A DNA stretch of 64,000 nt from Candidatus Lloydbacteria bacterium RIFCSPLOWO2_01_FULL_50_20 (GCA_001821435.1 MHLP01000007.1:1620-65619), one strand, 5' to 3'; shown: positions 19,305 to 27,760, numbered from the stretch's first letter. Translations and numbers: made by a program. Notes: a model not told the origin generated them from the letters alone.

Positions 19305-19670
19305 ATGTTAGAAAATATTATGATTGCTTGCTTTTTCCTTGCCGGATTTGATTATCTATTTTTTGGTAAAGTGCTAATTACTTACCAGTTCACCGAAACC
19401 GAATTGAGGGTGATCTTATTAAAATTATTTCCACTACACATTATTCCCCTCAAAATAGTGGAGAAAGTTGAAAAGATTTCATACCCCAAAATGTTTGCGG
19501 GAATGGCAATTTATGTCAGCGCATTTCGTTCACGCGCATTTGGTGGCGGTGTTCTCATTAGAACAAGTACCAAGCATGGTAATGAAGTCGTTGTGACCCC
19601 CCCCCGTGTTGACGAATTCATTTCGGAAGTTAAGAGACGCGTGAGAGAAAAAACCAGAAGAGAAATATAA
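19305..19670 (+). CDS. Candidate immunity protein (small membrane-anchored protein immediately downstream of the toxin C-terminal domain)
   Basis: Position immediately 3' of the RHS C-terminal domain; AT-rich; N-terminal TM segment (IMIACFFLAGFDYLFFGKVLI). Confidence 0.45.
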   Translation: MLENIMIACFFLAGFDYLFFGKVLITYQFTETELRVILLKLFPLHIIPLKIVEKVEKISYPKMFAGMAIYVSAFRSRAFGGGVLIRTSTKHGNEVVVTPPRVDEFISEVKRRVREKTRREI

Positions 19671-19746
19671 CGCCCCCATGCTCCGCATCGCTGAAAAATT
19701 CCCACTCACCGAATCTCTTTGGAGCCGCTATCGCTCGCAACGAAAC

Positions 19747-19775
19747 GGGGACAGCCACCATTAATTGACTGATGG
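19747..19775. repeat. REP-like element (ggggacagccaccattaattgactgatgg)
   Basis: Shares the GGGGACAG core with the REPs flanking the RAYT gene at 48.5-49.3 kb; near-identical copy at 20070..20093. Confidence 0.55.
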
Positions 19776-19836
19776 TGTGGGGCAGAAATGGGGATAAGTC
19801 CGTTATTTAAATAAAATATGTGGTATTATATTCCCC

Positions 19837-20091
19837 ATGCCCAGACAAGCCAGAGTCGCCGTGGGGGATGTGGTCTATCATGTGATTAACCGCGCCAACG
19901 GCCGCGTGCGGATATTCCACTCCGACAAAGACTACCAACATTTTGAATCACTGCTTGAGGAAGCAAAAGAACTCACTGGTATGCGTATCCTCGCGTACGT
20001 GATCATGCCGAATCACTGGCATCTCGTGCTCTATCCAAGTCAAGACACTGATCTTTCTGGGGGGAAAATGGGGACAGCCACAATTGACTGA
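19837..20091 (+). pseudogene. Truncated HUH Y1 transposase (RAYT/IS200-like), N-terminal 84 aa only, lacking the catalytic Tyr
   Basis: Aligns with 48600..49232 (VYHVINRANGR..., HUH motif MPNHWHLVLYP) but stops before the YQGRY region; flanked by REP-like copies. Confidence 0.65.
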
Positions 20092-20093
20092 CC
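20070..20093. repeat. REP-like element (ggggacagccacaattgactgacc)
   Basis: Direct near-copy of 19747..19775. Confidence 0.55.
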
Positions 20094-20127
20094 TCTAAAA
20101 TAACGAGGTGAGGTTCCCAGAACCTGA

Positions 20128-20685
20128 TCACGGTCGATGAATCTCCTTAAGCAAGTCGGCAAGAACATCGCAGAACTGGTACCCGGTTTCGGGCGGCTTT
20201 CCGGTCGCCGCATCCACCGGCTTTCGGAGACTAGGCGGAAGTTCGATGTGATACGACGTCCACCTAGCGTCAGAAATCGTGACCGCCTTGCTCGCTTTGA
20301 ACTTCAATGTATCGTATTCACCACGAATCGCCAGCTTCTTGAGATCGTCTGCAGAAGAAGCAAACGCTCCCTCGAGCTTTCCAGCAAGTGCTTGAGAGAA
20401 CTTGTCGTTCACCGCGCTACCGGAGGAGATTTCCACCACATCGGAACCCGCTTTCTTTCCGCCGTGTCCGTGGATCTCCACTAACAGTCTCGGCTTCCAT
20501 TGGGCTATCTGTTCGGTGTAGTCGGTATCAGCGCGCTTGTTGACGTCGACGCGGTAGTTGCAGGCTATGACGCTGCAGCAGTCCAACCGTTCGGCAAGGT
20601 AGCGCCCGAGAAATCCGGCATTTTCGTCTGCGTCTTCATGTTCCGGACACGGCAGTTTCGGTGTGACCCTCCCCCCGAATTTCAT
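20128..20685 (-). CDS. Hypothetical protein (possible hydrolase; contains HGHGG)
   Basis: 185-aa ORF with no confidently recognised family; bracketed by REP-like elements. Confidence 0.35.
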   Translation of the reverse strand: MKFGGRVTPKLPCPEHEDADENAGFLGRYLAERLDCCSVIACNYRVDVNKRADTDYTEQIAQWKPRLLVEIHGHGGKKAGSDVVEISSGSAVNDKFSQALAGKLEGAFASSADDLKKLAIRGEYDTLKFKASKAVTISDARWTSYHIELPPSLRKPVDAATGKPPETGYQFCDVLADLLKEIHRP

Positions 20686-20733
20686 ACACCAATCTTGTAA
20701 TTATTCGTTAGAATAGTTGCATATGACGGTAAT

Positions 20734-20877
20734 GGGGACAGTCACGATTAAATAGCAAAGAGTATGGTCTAATATTTCCATTAATTCTCTTGCAATATGT
20801 TACGATAGCGGATAGCGAATGCGGTCGCACGCGAATAATTATGACACGTGTTTATGAAATCAATCGTGACTGTCCCC
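20734..20877. repeat. Pair of perfect 16-nt inverted REP-like repeats (ggggacagtcacgatt ... aatcgtgactgtcccc) enclosing about 112 nt (BIME/MITE-like)
   Basis: Read directly; same GGGGACAG core as the RAYT-flanking REPs. Confidence 0.6.
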
Positions 20878-22414
20878 ATTCTCCATTCTCCTCATTCTCC
20901 CGATGTTTTGCGGCGAGCGCTGCGGCGACGGTCCATGCCTGGATCTCCTGAGGAGGCTGCTCGATACGGTTCTTTACGCCACGTGATTCATCCCAGATGT
21001 CCACAATCCGTTCGTTCAATGTTGGTTCGGCATCGTCACCGCCTTGAGCAAATTCAGGAAACTTATTGAACTTACTGACGACCGCGAACATGCGCTCTTC
21101 GAGGTCGTCGGCCGCGGCAATATGCCCGTGTTTTCTTAGGCCGCATGCGATCATATATGAATCCCACAGCCACACGCTTCCATTGTGATATGCACCGGGC
21201 CGGAAACGGGGCTCATTTTTCGCAAGCGTCCGTATTCCGCTCGCAGAGAGCATAAGGGGAGACAAGAGTGTAGTGACGATCGCGGATCTTTTTTTGACGG
21301 TATCCAGGTCGTCGCCGATGAGCATGTCCGAAGAAAGCAGATGCCCCATGTTCGAGGTACGGATCGCAAGCTGACGGGGATTCCCTTGGCTGTCCCGGTC
21401 TGTTCCGAGGGCAAAAAAACTTTCTCCATTCTTCTCTTCGACCCACATTTCACTGAACACAGATGATCGCAATTTTTCCGCCCGCGATAGGAGGTCATCG
21501 GCGACCGAGGCGGCAAAACGTTCATCCCTCGGCATTTTTTCAAAGATCTTCCGATACAATTTACTTGCCGAGAGAAGCGCGTCATACGCATAACCTTGCA
21601 CCTCGACGGAAGCGATACCCCGCGCATGGTTCGCTATTGCACCGTCCGCGTGGAAATAGGAGTCGTTGGAGTCTTTCCATGCTTGGTTCAAAATGCCGTT
21701 CGGATTTGCGCGGCAAAATTCGACGAATCCTTGCGGGTTCGCGTCCATGCGTTTTTTGATCCAGTTCACTGCGCCGACAAGCGCGTCAAGAATTGTCCTC
21801 CTCTCTCCGTCTTTGTTCGTGAATATCCGTCCCAATATGCACCTGTTTTCTTGAGCGATGTATTCCGTGATCAGTTTCACGAAGAGCGGCGTCGTGTCGA
21901 CTGAGCCGTAATAGGGGAATTCCCAGCCGCGCTCCTCACGCAAAAATTTTCCGATCGCGGACCGATGATCGCGATATTCATGAAGGATGCGGCCAGGTTC
22001 TTCTTCGGCGTGAGACTCGTATCTCGTCCCCTGAAACTTCGCGAGCCGTATAATCGTCATCCGGGCAAGCAGAGGAAATTGCGGAAGAAGAAATGAAGAG
22101 ACGACAAGCGAGTCTCTTCCAAAAAATGCCGAAAAGAGATTTAGTTCCTCGACATCCTCGTTGGCTTCGGTGGCAAGTGCCGCGAAAGGCGGGCCGTGTT
22201 TTCCTATTTCACCGGGAGTCTTTGCGTGCGTCAGACGCATCAACTCCGTGAGTGCATCCGGTCGTTTTGTTGGTGTAACGATCAAAGGTTTTTCGACTGC
22301 GATGACCCGTTCGTTCGGAAGCAGGTAGGGGATAAGATCGGCAACTGCTTTCGTCAGATCGGTTTCTTCGGTAGCTGGTGTTTCATTCATGTTGCCGTGA
22401 GTTGATTGCGTCAA
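20852..22414 (-). CDS. Glycoside hydrolase with an (alpha/alpha)6-barrel, glycogen debranching enzyme/amylo-alpha-1,6-glucosidase-like
   Basis: 520 aa; GDE C-terminal-like motifs (NGSVWLWD, GYAYDA, acidic residues); family assignment from memory. Confidence 0.5.
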   Translation of the reverse strand: MTQSTHGNMNETPATEETDLTKAVADLIPYLLPNERVIAVEKPLIVTPTKRPDALTELMRLTHAKTPGEIGKHGPPFAALATEANEDVEELNLFSAFFGRDSLVVSSFLLPQFPLLARMTIIRLAKFQGTRYESHAEEEPGRILHEYRDHRSAIGKFLREERGWEFPYYGSVDTTPLFVKLITEYIAQENRCILGRIFTNKDGERRTILDALVGAVNWIKKRMDANPQGFVEFCRANPNGILNQAWKDSNDSYFHADGAIANHARGIASVEVQGYAYDALLSASKLYRKIFEKMPRDERFAASVADDLLSRAEKLRSSVFSEMWVEEKNGESFFALGTDRDSQGNPRQLAIRTSNMGHLLSSDMLIGDDLDTVKKRSAIVTTLLSPLMLSASGIRTLAKNEPRFRPGAYHNGSVWLWDSYMIACGLRKHGHIAAADDLEERMFAVVSKFNKFPEFAQGGDDAEPTLNERIVDIWDESRGVKNRIEQPPQEIQAWTVAAALAAKHRENEENGEWGQSRLIS

Positions 22415-22454
22415 ATATATCTACAATTTATTACAATTAAAGGATTTTTTCAAT

Positions 22455-22481
22455 AAAAACACCAGCGGAATCAACCGCTGG
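22455..22481 (-). terminator. Rho-independent terminator (hairpin ccagcgg ttgatt ccgctgg followed by a T-run on the minus strand)
   Basis: Stem-loop plus tgttttt immediately after the 22505 ORF end. Confidence 0.55.
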
Positions 22482-22504
22482 CGTGGAGAAGAACGAGATC
22501 GTAA

Positions 22505-22906
22505 CTATGAGCGCGACCCTCCGGGGTGTGACAGCTTGCCCTGAGTGAAATGTTTTTCCGTCTTTTGGCCGTGAACTGAAAGGCGGTTGAACAGCTCATT
22601 GAGACCGACCTCTTTCCCGAGCAACTCCGGGTAAGTAAAAACGTAGTCCACGAATGCGTGATATGGAGTTGGAGGAAGCATTTTGAGAGAGAAACGTTCG
22701 GTTCCGTAAATTTCCCGTATCTGCTCCATTGCTTCGGAAAGTTCCGGGAAAAATGATCCGGCTACGCGCCTTTTTGAACCTGCATACGCGCATACCCGCA
22801 GCTCCTTTTCCTCCAGGTTTTCATTGAGCATTGCCAGGAGATCTTTGAACAGGGCATGTCTGGTCGGCTTGGGAGTGTATGCGCCGTACAAAATAGCGAG
22901 GATCAT
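22505..22906 (-). CDS. Hypothetical protein, possibly the C-terminal part of a gene split with 22903..23136
   Basis: 133-aa ORF directly abutting the upstream 77-aa ORF in another frame. Confidence 0.3.
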   Translation of the reverse strand: MILAILYGAYTPKPTRHALFKDLLAMLNENLEEKELRVCAYAGSKRRVAGSFFPELSEAMEQIREIYGTERFSLKMLPPTPYHAFVDYVFTYPELLGKEVGLNELFNRLSVHGQKTEKHFTQGKLSHPGGSRS

Positions 22907-23136
22907 AAAGCAGCGCGGAATGAGATCGGGGTACCGTTTTTTGCCCGTGCGATGAGTGAAACATGCTCGTTATGTTTCAAAAAACCCGCGATTACGTGCC
23001 ACATAGCCATGGTGAAGTCATCCCTTGAGAGCTCCATGCGGCCGATGCGCCCGTATATGTCGTCACTCCATTGGTCCAGCCTTTCCGAGCCTGCAGTCAT
23101 GTCATCCGCCGTCATTTTTCCTCCAGCATTGGGCAT
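22903..23136 (-). CDS. Hypothetical protein, possibly the N-terminal part of a split gene
   Basis: 77-aa ORF ending exactly where the 22906 ORF begins. Confidence 0.25.
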   Translation of the reverse strand: MPNAGGKMTADDMTAGSERLDQWSDDIYGRIGRMELSRDDFTMAMWHVIAGFLKHNEHVSLIARAKNGTPISFRAAL

Positions 23137-23263
23137 TGAAAGAAAATACTAAAATCACACTACATTTCAATTTTTAGTATGTCAAGTTCTTTTGCAAAAA
23201 AAGAGGTCGTGAGCGCAAAAAGTACGGCATGCATTCGATAAAAAAATGCGTTATTTGAGGGGC

Positions 23264-23497
23264 CTATTTTAAACCGCCATTCCGCGGAAGCCACTCAATA
23301 AGTTTCTTTCGATGCAGATCGAGTGACCAGAAGTCGCCGTGCTTAAAAAGCCCCGCATGAGCTTCGCGGAATTTATTCAATAGAAGCATGGTCGCACGGG
23401 GAAATGTTGCGGGCATATTTTGATTATAGGATCTCAAAAAATCCGAGATCGATATCTGTTTTTCGTACTCCTTGATCTCGGTCTTGTTGTTTTTCAT
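23264..23497 (-). CDS. Hypothetical small protein
   Basis: 77-aa ORF, no motif. Confidence 0.3.
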   Translation of the reverse strand: MKNNKTEIKEYEKQISISDFLRSYNQNMPATFPRATMLLLNKFREAHAGLFKHGDFWSLDLHRKKLIEWLPRNGGLK

Positions 23498-23697
23498 GAG
23501 CTAAATAGTACCATAAATCATGAAAAAATGCAATGCGAATGCGTATACCCGCCTTATCAGATATTCATGCGTTGGATAGTACAGGGCTCTCGACTACCGT
23601 CGCGGGTGGTTTTCGATTTACTCGAACGAAGTTCTCGTAAATAACGAAAACCCTTTCGAGCCCCGCCGAAGCACAAGCAGCTGTGCTTCTACTGCTG

Positions 23698-23770
23698 TGG
23701 ACGGTACAGGGCTCGAACCTGTGACCCCAGCAATGTGAATGCTGTGCTCTACCAACTGAGCTAACCGTCC
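23698..23770 (-). tRNA. tRNA-Val (anticodon CAC)
   Basis: Reverse-complement fold: acceptor GGACGGT/ACCGTCC, D-arm GCTCAGTTGGTAGAGC, anticodon loop uuCACau, T-loop GGTTCGAGCCC. Confidence 0.8.
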
Positions 23771-23900
23771 TTGTGGTGATCAAAATATACCTAACGGATG
23801 AATGCCATGCTCCCCGCCCGTACCGAACGGCACGTTCGGGCGGGTAACCAACTGCTTGCCCCGGTAGCAAGTCTTCTTTGCTACCGGGGAGCACATCGTC
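23771..23900. ncRNA. Candidate structured RNA adjacent to tRNA-Val: nested helices closed by a 7-bp acceptor-like stem (gctcccc/ggggagc), a 12-bp hairpin (ccccggtagcaa/ttgctaccgggg) and an 8-bp hairpin (cccgcccg/cgggcggg)
   Basis: Complementarity read directly; no ORF; identity unknown. Confidence 0.35.
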
Positions 23901-24075
23901 CGTTATTCCAAAAATACTAACACAAAGAAATGGTGGGCGGTAGAGAAAGGAATTTGTTGCAGCCGCGAGCTTTTTTGTGAAAAAAAATTTGACATTTCTT
24001 TAAAATTTGCGATAGTTCCGTAAGTCAATTTCTGCTCTTTCACAAAGGGGAACTATCATCACTACCAAAACACCG

Positions 24076-24516
24076 ATGGATGGTACGATGTGGTATCTTG
24101 GACTGTATACGCCGATCACCGATCCCGCAGAGCTTGAGAAAGATTTTGGCGCCTTTTTGGTTGGCGCAGGTTTCCAGATCGTTTCGGGTCTTCTGAAGCC
24201 GTTTCAGCCTCAAGGCTACAGCTCATACAAAAAGCTTTCCGTAGATGCTTTTCTACTGAGCGAGAGTCATTCTTCCATGCATACATTTCCTGAAGAGGAT
24301 CGTACATATGTCGATTTGTTGAGCTGTGTGAAAGCTCAACTTGAACGATTCCATGAACTCATCAGGCCATGGGAGGGAACAGTAGTATTTGTGGTGGAAC
24401 AGCCGTCGATCATCATGCCGCCCAAAGGCATGAAAAAAGTGGGCGCTATTTCGCGTGAGCTTCGCGCCTTCCGTTCCGCTGCACTACGGGCACAAAAAAT
24501 GAAAGACCGACAATGA
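24076..24516 (+). CDS. speH: S-adenosylmethionine decarboxylase proenzyme (pyruvoyl-dependent, SpeH/SpeD type)
   Basis: Self-processing region FLLSESHSSMHTFPEE matches the AdoMetDC ES|H cleavage motif. Confidence 0.75.
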   Translation: MDGTMWYLGLYTPITDPAELEKDFGAFLVGAGFQIVSGLLKPFQPQGYSSYKKLSVDAFLLSESHSSMHTFPEEDRTYVDLLSCVKAQLERFHELIRPWEGTVVFVVEQPSIIMPPKGMKKVGAISRELRAFRSAALRAQKMKDRQ

Positions 24517-25397
24517 TGAACACATTTCGTTTGCGGAAGAGCAGAAAAAAGAAATTTCGGGAAAGTTTGTACACCGATATCTCGCTTGGCCTCACGTGTG
24601 AGGCCATCGTTCCGGAATTCCGGACGCCATTCGGGCAGAAACTTGCGCTCTATCGTCACGACAAGCTCGGACACATCCTTGTGCTCGACGGCAACATTCA
24701 GTGGATGGAAAAGGATGAGGCGATCTACCATGAAACGATGGCGCATTGGCCGATGCATTCGGTCGCAGAGCCCCAGCGCGTGCTTATCGTCGGCGGCGGC
24801 GATCTCGGTGTTGCACGCGAGCTCGTCAAATATCCGATGCTCGAAGAGATCGATGTTGTTGATATCGATCCATGTGTGCGCGAAGTAACGCTCATGTATG
24901 TTCCGCACATTGCAGGACACGCGGCGACCGATCCTCGTGTGAACAAATACGATGTCGACGCCGCGCGTTTCATCAAAGAGGCGGTGAGCAGCCATTACGA
25001 TATCGTGGTCCTCGACACGACGGACGAAGTCAATGTCGCGACACCGCTTTTCGGAGAGAAATTTCAATCCGAAGTGTATCGTGTGCTCACAAAAGGCGGG
25101 GTCATGGTGCGCGTTGCCGGATCGGTGTTTCTCCAAGAAGATGAGGTGAAAAAAACACTTGAACTTGTGAGAAGCATTTTTAGCCGGATTTCGACCGGAA
25201 TGCTTACACTCCCGACAATGATGTATCTCGGATGCTTTTTTGGGATCGTAGTCGCGGTAAAAGAGGGGATATGGAGCTCGATCCCTACGCGGAGGATCAG
25301 CGTCAGCGGACTTCTGCCGCTTTCCTGGTACGACGCGCGCTGGCACGCTTTTGTTGCGGAGCGGCCACCCTACATCCAGAAAACATTTTTCAGCTGA
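24513..25397 (+). CDS. speE: Spermidine synthase / polyamine aminopropyltransferase
   Basis: VLIVGGGDLGVARELVKY Rossmann motif plus the DVVDIDP and VVLDTTD spermidine synthase pattern; operonic with speH (ATGA overlap). Confidence 0.8.
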   Translation: MMNTFRLRKSRKKKFRESLYTDISLGLTCEAIVPEFRTPFGQKLALYRHDKLGHILVLDGNIQWMEKDEAIYHETMAHWPMHSVAEPQRVLIVGGGDLGVARELVKYPMLEEIDVVDIDPCVREVTLMYVPHIAGHAATDPRVNKYDVDAARFIKEAVSSHYDIVVLDTTDEVNVATPLFGEKFQSEVYRVLTKGGVMVRVAGSVFLQEDEVKKTLELVRSIFSRISTGMLTLPTMMYLGCFFGIVVAVKEGIWSSIPTRRISVSGLLPLSWYDARWHAFVAERPPYIQKTFFS

Positions 25398-25607
25398 TTG
25401 AGAGGAGCCGGTATACCGGCTCTTTTTTTGTTTTTTCAAATAGTGGAAGCCAAGCAGGATGCGTTGGTCACGAATGTTGAGTAAAAAATCCGCCGAAGCG
25501 TTCATCGATAAATTTACTCCAGTTACAGACGCTGACCGGCAACTGGCCTAAAGAATATCTGGGGAATAAAAAATAATAGATAATTAAAAACACGCTTTGG
25601 TCACGGC

Positions 25608-26140
25608 GTGTTTTTAATTGCACCATTTACAGAACATGATTATTTAAGTATAATCACTTCTACAAAATCAGCCAAACAGCCGGGTCGTCCTTTTTTTGGC
25701 GAAATGATGGACAGGATAGAAAAAGGAGAGGCAAGCGGCATTTTGTGCTGGAAAATAGATCGGTTGTCCCGGACGAAATGTATGTGCGTAAAGAAACGGA
25801 ACTTCTGGAGAAGAAAAGAGATCTGAAGCGATTGCTTGACGGGGATGATAAGCGGGTAGATGACTGGCTCGTTCGGCTTGAAAGTACTCTCACTTTTGCG
25901 GAGAGGGCGAGAGAGGAGTTCAAAAATGGTGACATTGCCAAGAGAAGGCAAATTCTGACAGCACTTGGAACCGAGCATATCCTTAAAGACAGGGCAATTC
26001 ACATTCAAACGGAAAAACCACTCCTTGTGCTTCAAGAAGTGGTTTCCGTGAACAATCAACTGATGGATTCGTTAGAACCTCCCAAGGGTGTTGAAAACAA
26101 TGGGCGGATGAAACAAATCTATGCTGAAAGTTCATCAATG
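25608..26140 (+). pseudogene. Degraded serine recombinase remnant (catalytic-domain fragment plus C-terminal region in another frame) abutting the tRNA-Val(GAC) 3' end
   Basis: GRPFFGEMMDRIEKGEASGILCWKIDRLSR matches the resolvase-domain core (..LvvwKlDRLgR); the N-terminal Ser region is missing; frameshift into the 25745.. ORF. Confidence 0.55.
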
Positions 26141-26213
26141 TGGGCGGTAGAGGAGTCGAACCTCTGACATCCACTACGTCAAAGTGGCGCTCTACCAACT
26201 GAGCTAACCGCCC
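26141..26213 (-). tRNA. tRNA-Val (anticodon GAC)
   Basis: Reverse-complement fold: acceptor GGGCGGT/ACCGCCC, anticodon loop uuGACgu, T-loop GGTTCGACTCC. Confidence 0.8.
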
Positions 26214-26353
26214 ATAATGTCGGATATTAGCATACCTACTCTTGTTCAACAATAATCTGCGGTTTGCCATATGCATATTCAATGATGCTTGCATTATTTC
26301 GCCAACTCTGTAACTTAAAAATAGACGCGGTTTTACATTGAAAAGGAAACCTC

Positions 26354-27760
26354 ATGAACGCGATTCTGAGGACAATATGTTTGGTGCTTTTCGTCATATT
26401 CGGTACCGCTTCGAGCTGGGCCTCCTCTTCTGACGATGCCAAAGAGGAAGCCCGCGCATCGCGGTCGAATATTACGGTAGACTTCGAGGGCTCGGCAGAG
26501 GACAGGAAAGAATTAGCTAAGTTCTTAAATTTGGTATTCGTTCTCTGCAAAGAAATTTATCCCAAACTGACATTTAAAGACTGCATGAACAACGTCAAAG
26601 AAGGGGTCGGGAACTCTTTTGATCCGCATACCGGATTTCTTAACGCGGAAAAAACTCGGGAACTGTTAGCGGATATGCGCGGGAGATTCGGAGGAATAGG
26701 GATCGAGATTTTCAAACCGGCCACGGGAACATCGTATGTTGACATTGTTAATGTGCTTTCCGATACACCTGCAAAAAAAGCAGGACTTGCTTCCGGGGAT
26801 GTCATCGTCCGAATCGGTACAGTTCCGACGACATCGCTGAAGGGGACGCAGAAAGCGGTAGAACTCATCAGGGGTGATCCGGGCACGACGGTCGAACTGA
26901 CGATCGAACGCAAGGGTGTCCCTCAACCGATCGTGGTTACTCTTGTACGTGAAGAGATCAAGATCGTTCAGATCGAAGCGAAACTGCTCCGCTCAAACGG
27001 AAAAACGTATGCCTTGCTCACCACAAGGATGTTCAATGAGTATTTTGCGAAAGAAATGAAGCAAAAATACCTTGAACTCAAGTGGGAGTCCGGCGACAAA
27101 CTTTCGGGACTCATCATCAGCCTGGAAAATAATCCCGGAGGCCGTCTTGACGAGGTCTACAACGCCGTCGATCTTTTTATGGATGCGGAAACTTTTTTGC
27201 TGCAACGCACGAATGAGGGTACGGTAAGATATGAACCTGGTCTTCTCCAGCGAATGAAAACTCCCGGTGATATTTCCCGCGGTCTCCCGATCCTTGTGGT
27301 GGTGAACGGCGGAAGCGCGTCCGCGTCGGAGATCTTTGCCGGCGCACTGAAGCATTTCGGCCGGGCGGTCATCGCCGGCACCGAAACGACTTTCGGGAAA
27401 TGTTCAGTTCAGTCGCTCATGAGTCTTCCTGGTGAGGAAATGGCAAAGGCCACTACCGCCGAATGCCTGATCGGAGCAATGAATGATTGGGTTCCCATAC
27501 AATGTGTTGGTGTCACCCCGGATATTTTGTTCGCCTATCCCGGCATCAAGTCACGCAAGGGTCCTAAGGAGTGTGAGTTGAGCGGACGGCTCAGTTCCGG
27601 AGGTCCGATGAAGGACGCACCAAAACACCCTCCGATCAAAGAGGTGAAGCCGGGACTTCATCGTGCTGCGGAAGAAATGCTGGAGACATTCAAGCTCCAC
27701 CGTCTGCCGAAACTCAAGGAAGAAGAAACACGTATCAAGTTGCTCGAGAAATTAGAGTAA
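26354..27760 (+). CDS. ctpA: Carboxyl-terminal processing peptidase, S41 family (CtpA/Prc-like) with a PDZ domain and signal peptide
   Basis: GGIGIEI, PDZ-like segment (GDVIVRIGTVP), and S41 catalytic region VVVNGGSASASEIFAGAL. Confidence 0.8.
   Translation: MNAILRTICLVLFVIFGTASSWASSSDDAKEEARASRSNITVDFEGSAEDRKELAKFLNLVFVLCKEIYPKLTFKDCMNNVKEGVGNSFDPHTGFLNAEKTRELLADMRGRFGGIGIEIFKPATGTSYVDIVNVLSDTPAKKAGLASGDVIVRIGTVPTTSLKGTQKAVELIRGDPGTTVELTIERKGVPQPIVVTLVREEIKIVQIEAKLLRSNGKTYALLTTRMFNEYFAKEMKQKYLELKWESGDKLSGLIISLENNPGGRLDEVYNAVDLFMDAETFLLQRTNEGTVRYEPGLLQRMKTPGDISRGLPILVVVNGGSASASEIFAGALKHFGRAVIAGTETTFGKCSVQSLMSLPGEEMAKATTAECLIGAMNDWVPIQCVGVTPDILFAYPGIKSRKGPKECELSGRLSSGGPMKDAPKHPPIKEVKPGLHRAAEEMLETFKLHRLPKLKEEETRIKLLEKLE

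Noticed and set aside
23771-23900. Interpretation as a second canonical tRNA
   Set aside because: The acceptor-like closing stem is present, but the internal arms (8- and 12-bp stems, loops lacking U33/R37) do not fit a tRNA; kept only as an unknown structured element.
24336-25505. 389-aa minus-strand ORF
   Set aside because: Runs antisense across speH/speE; His/Arg/Cys-rich composition typical of a shadow ORF opposite a GC-rich gene; the plus-strand genes have clear motifs.
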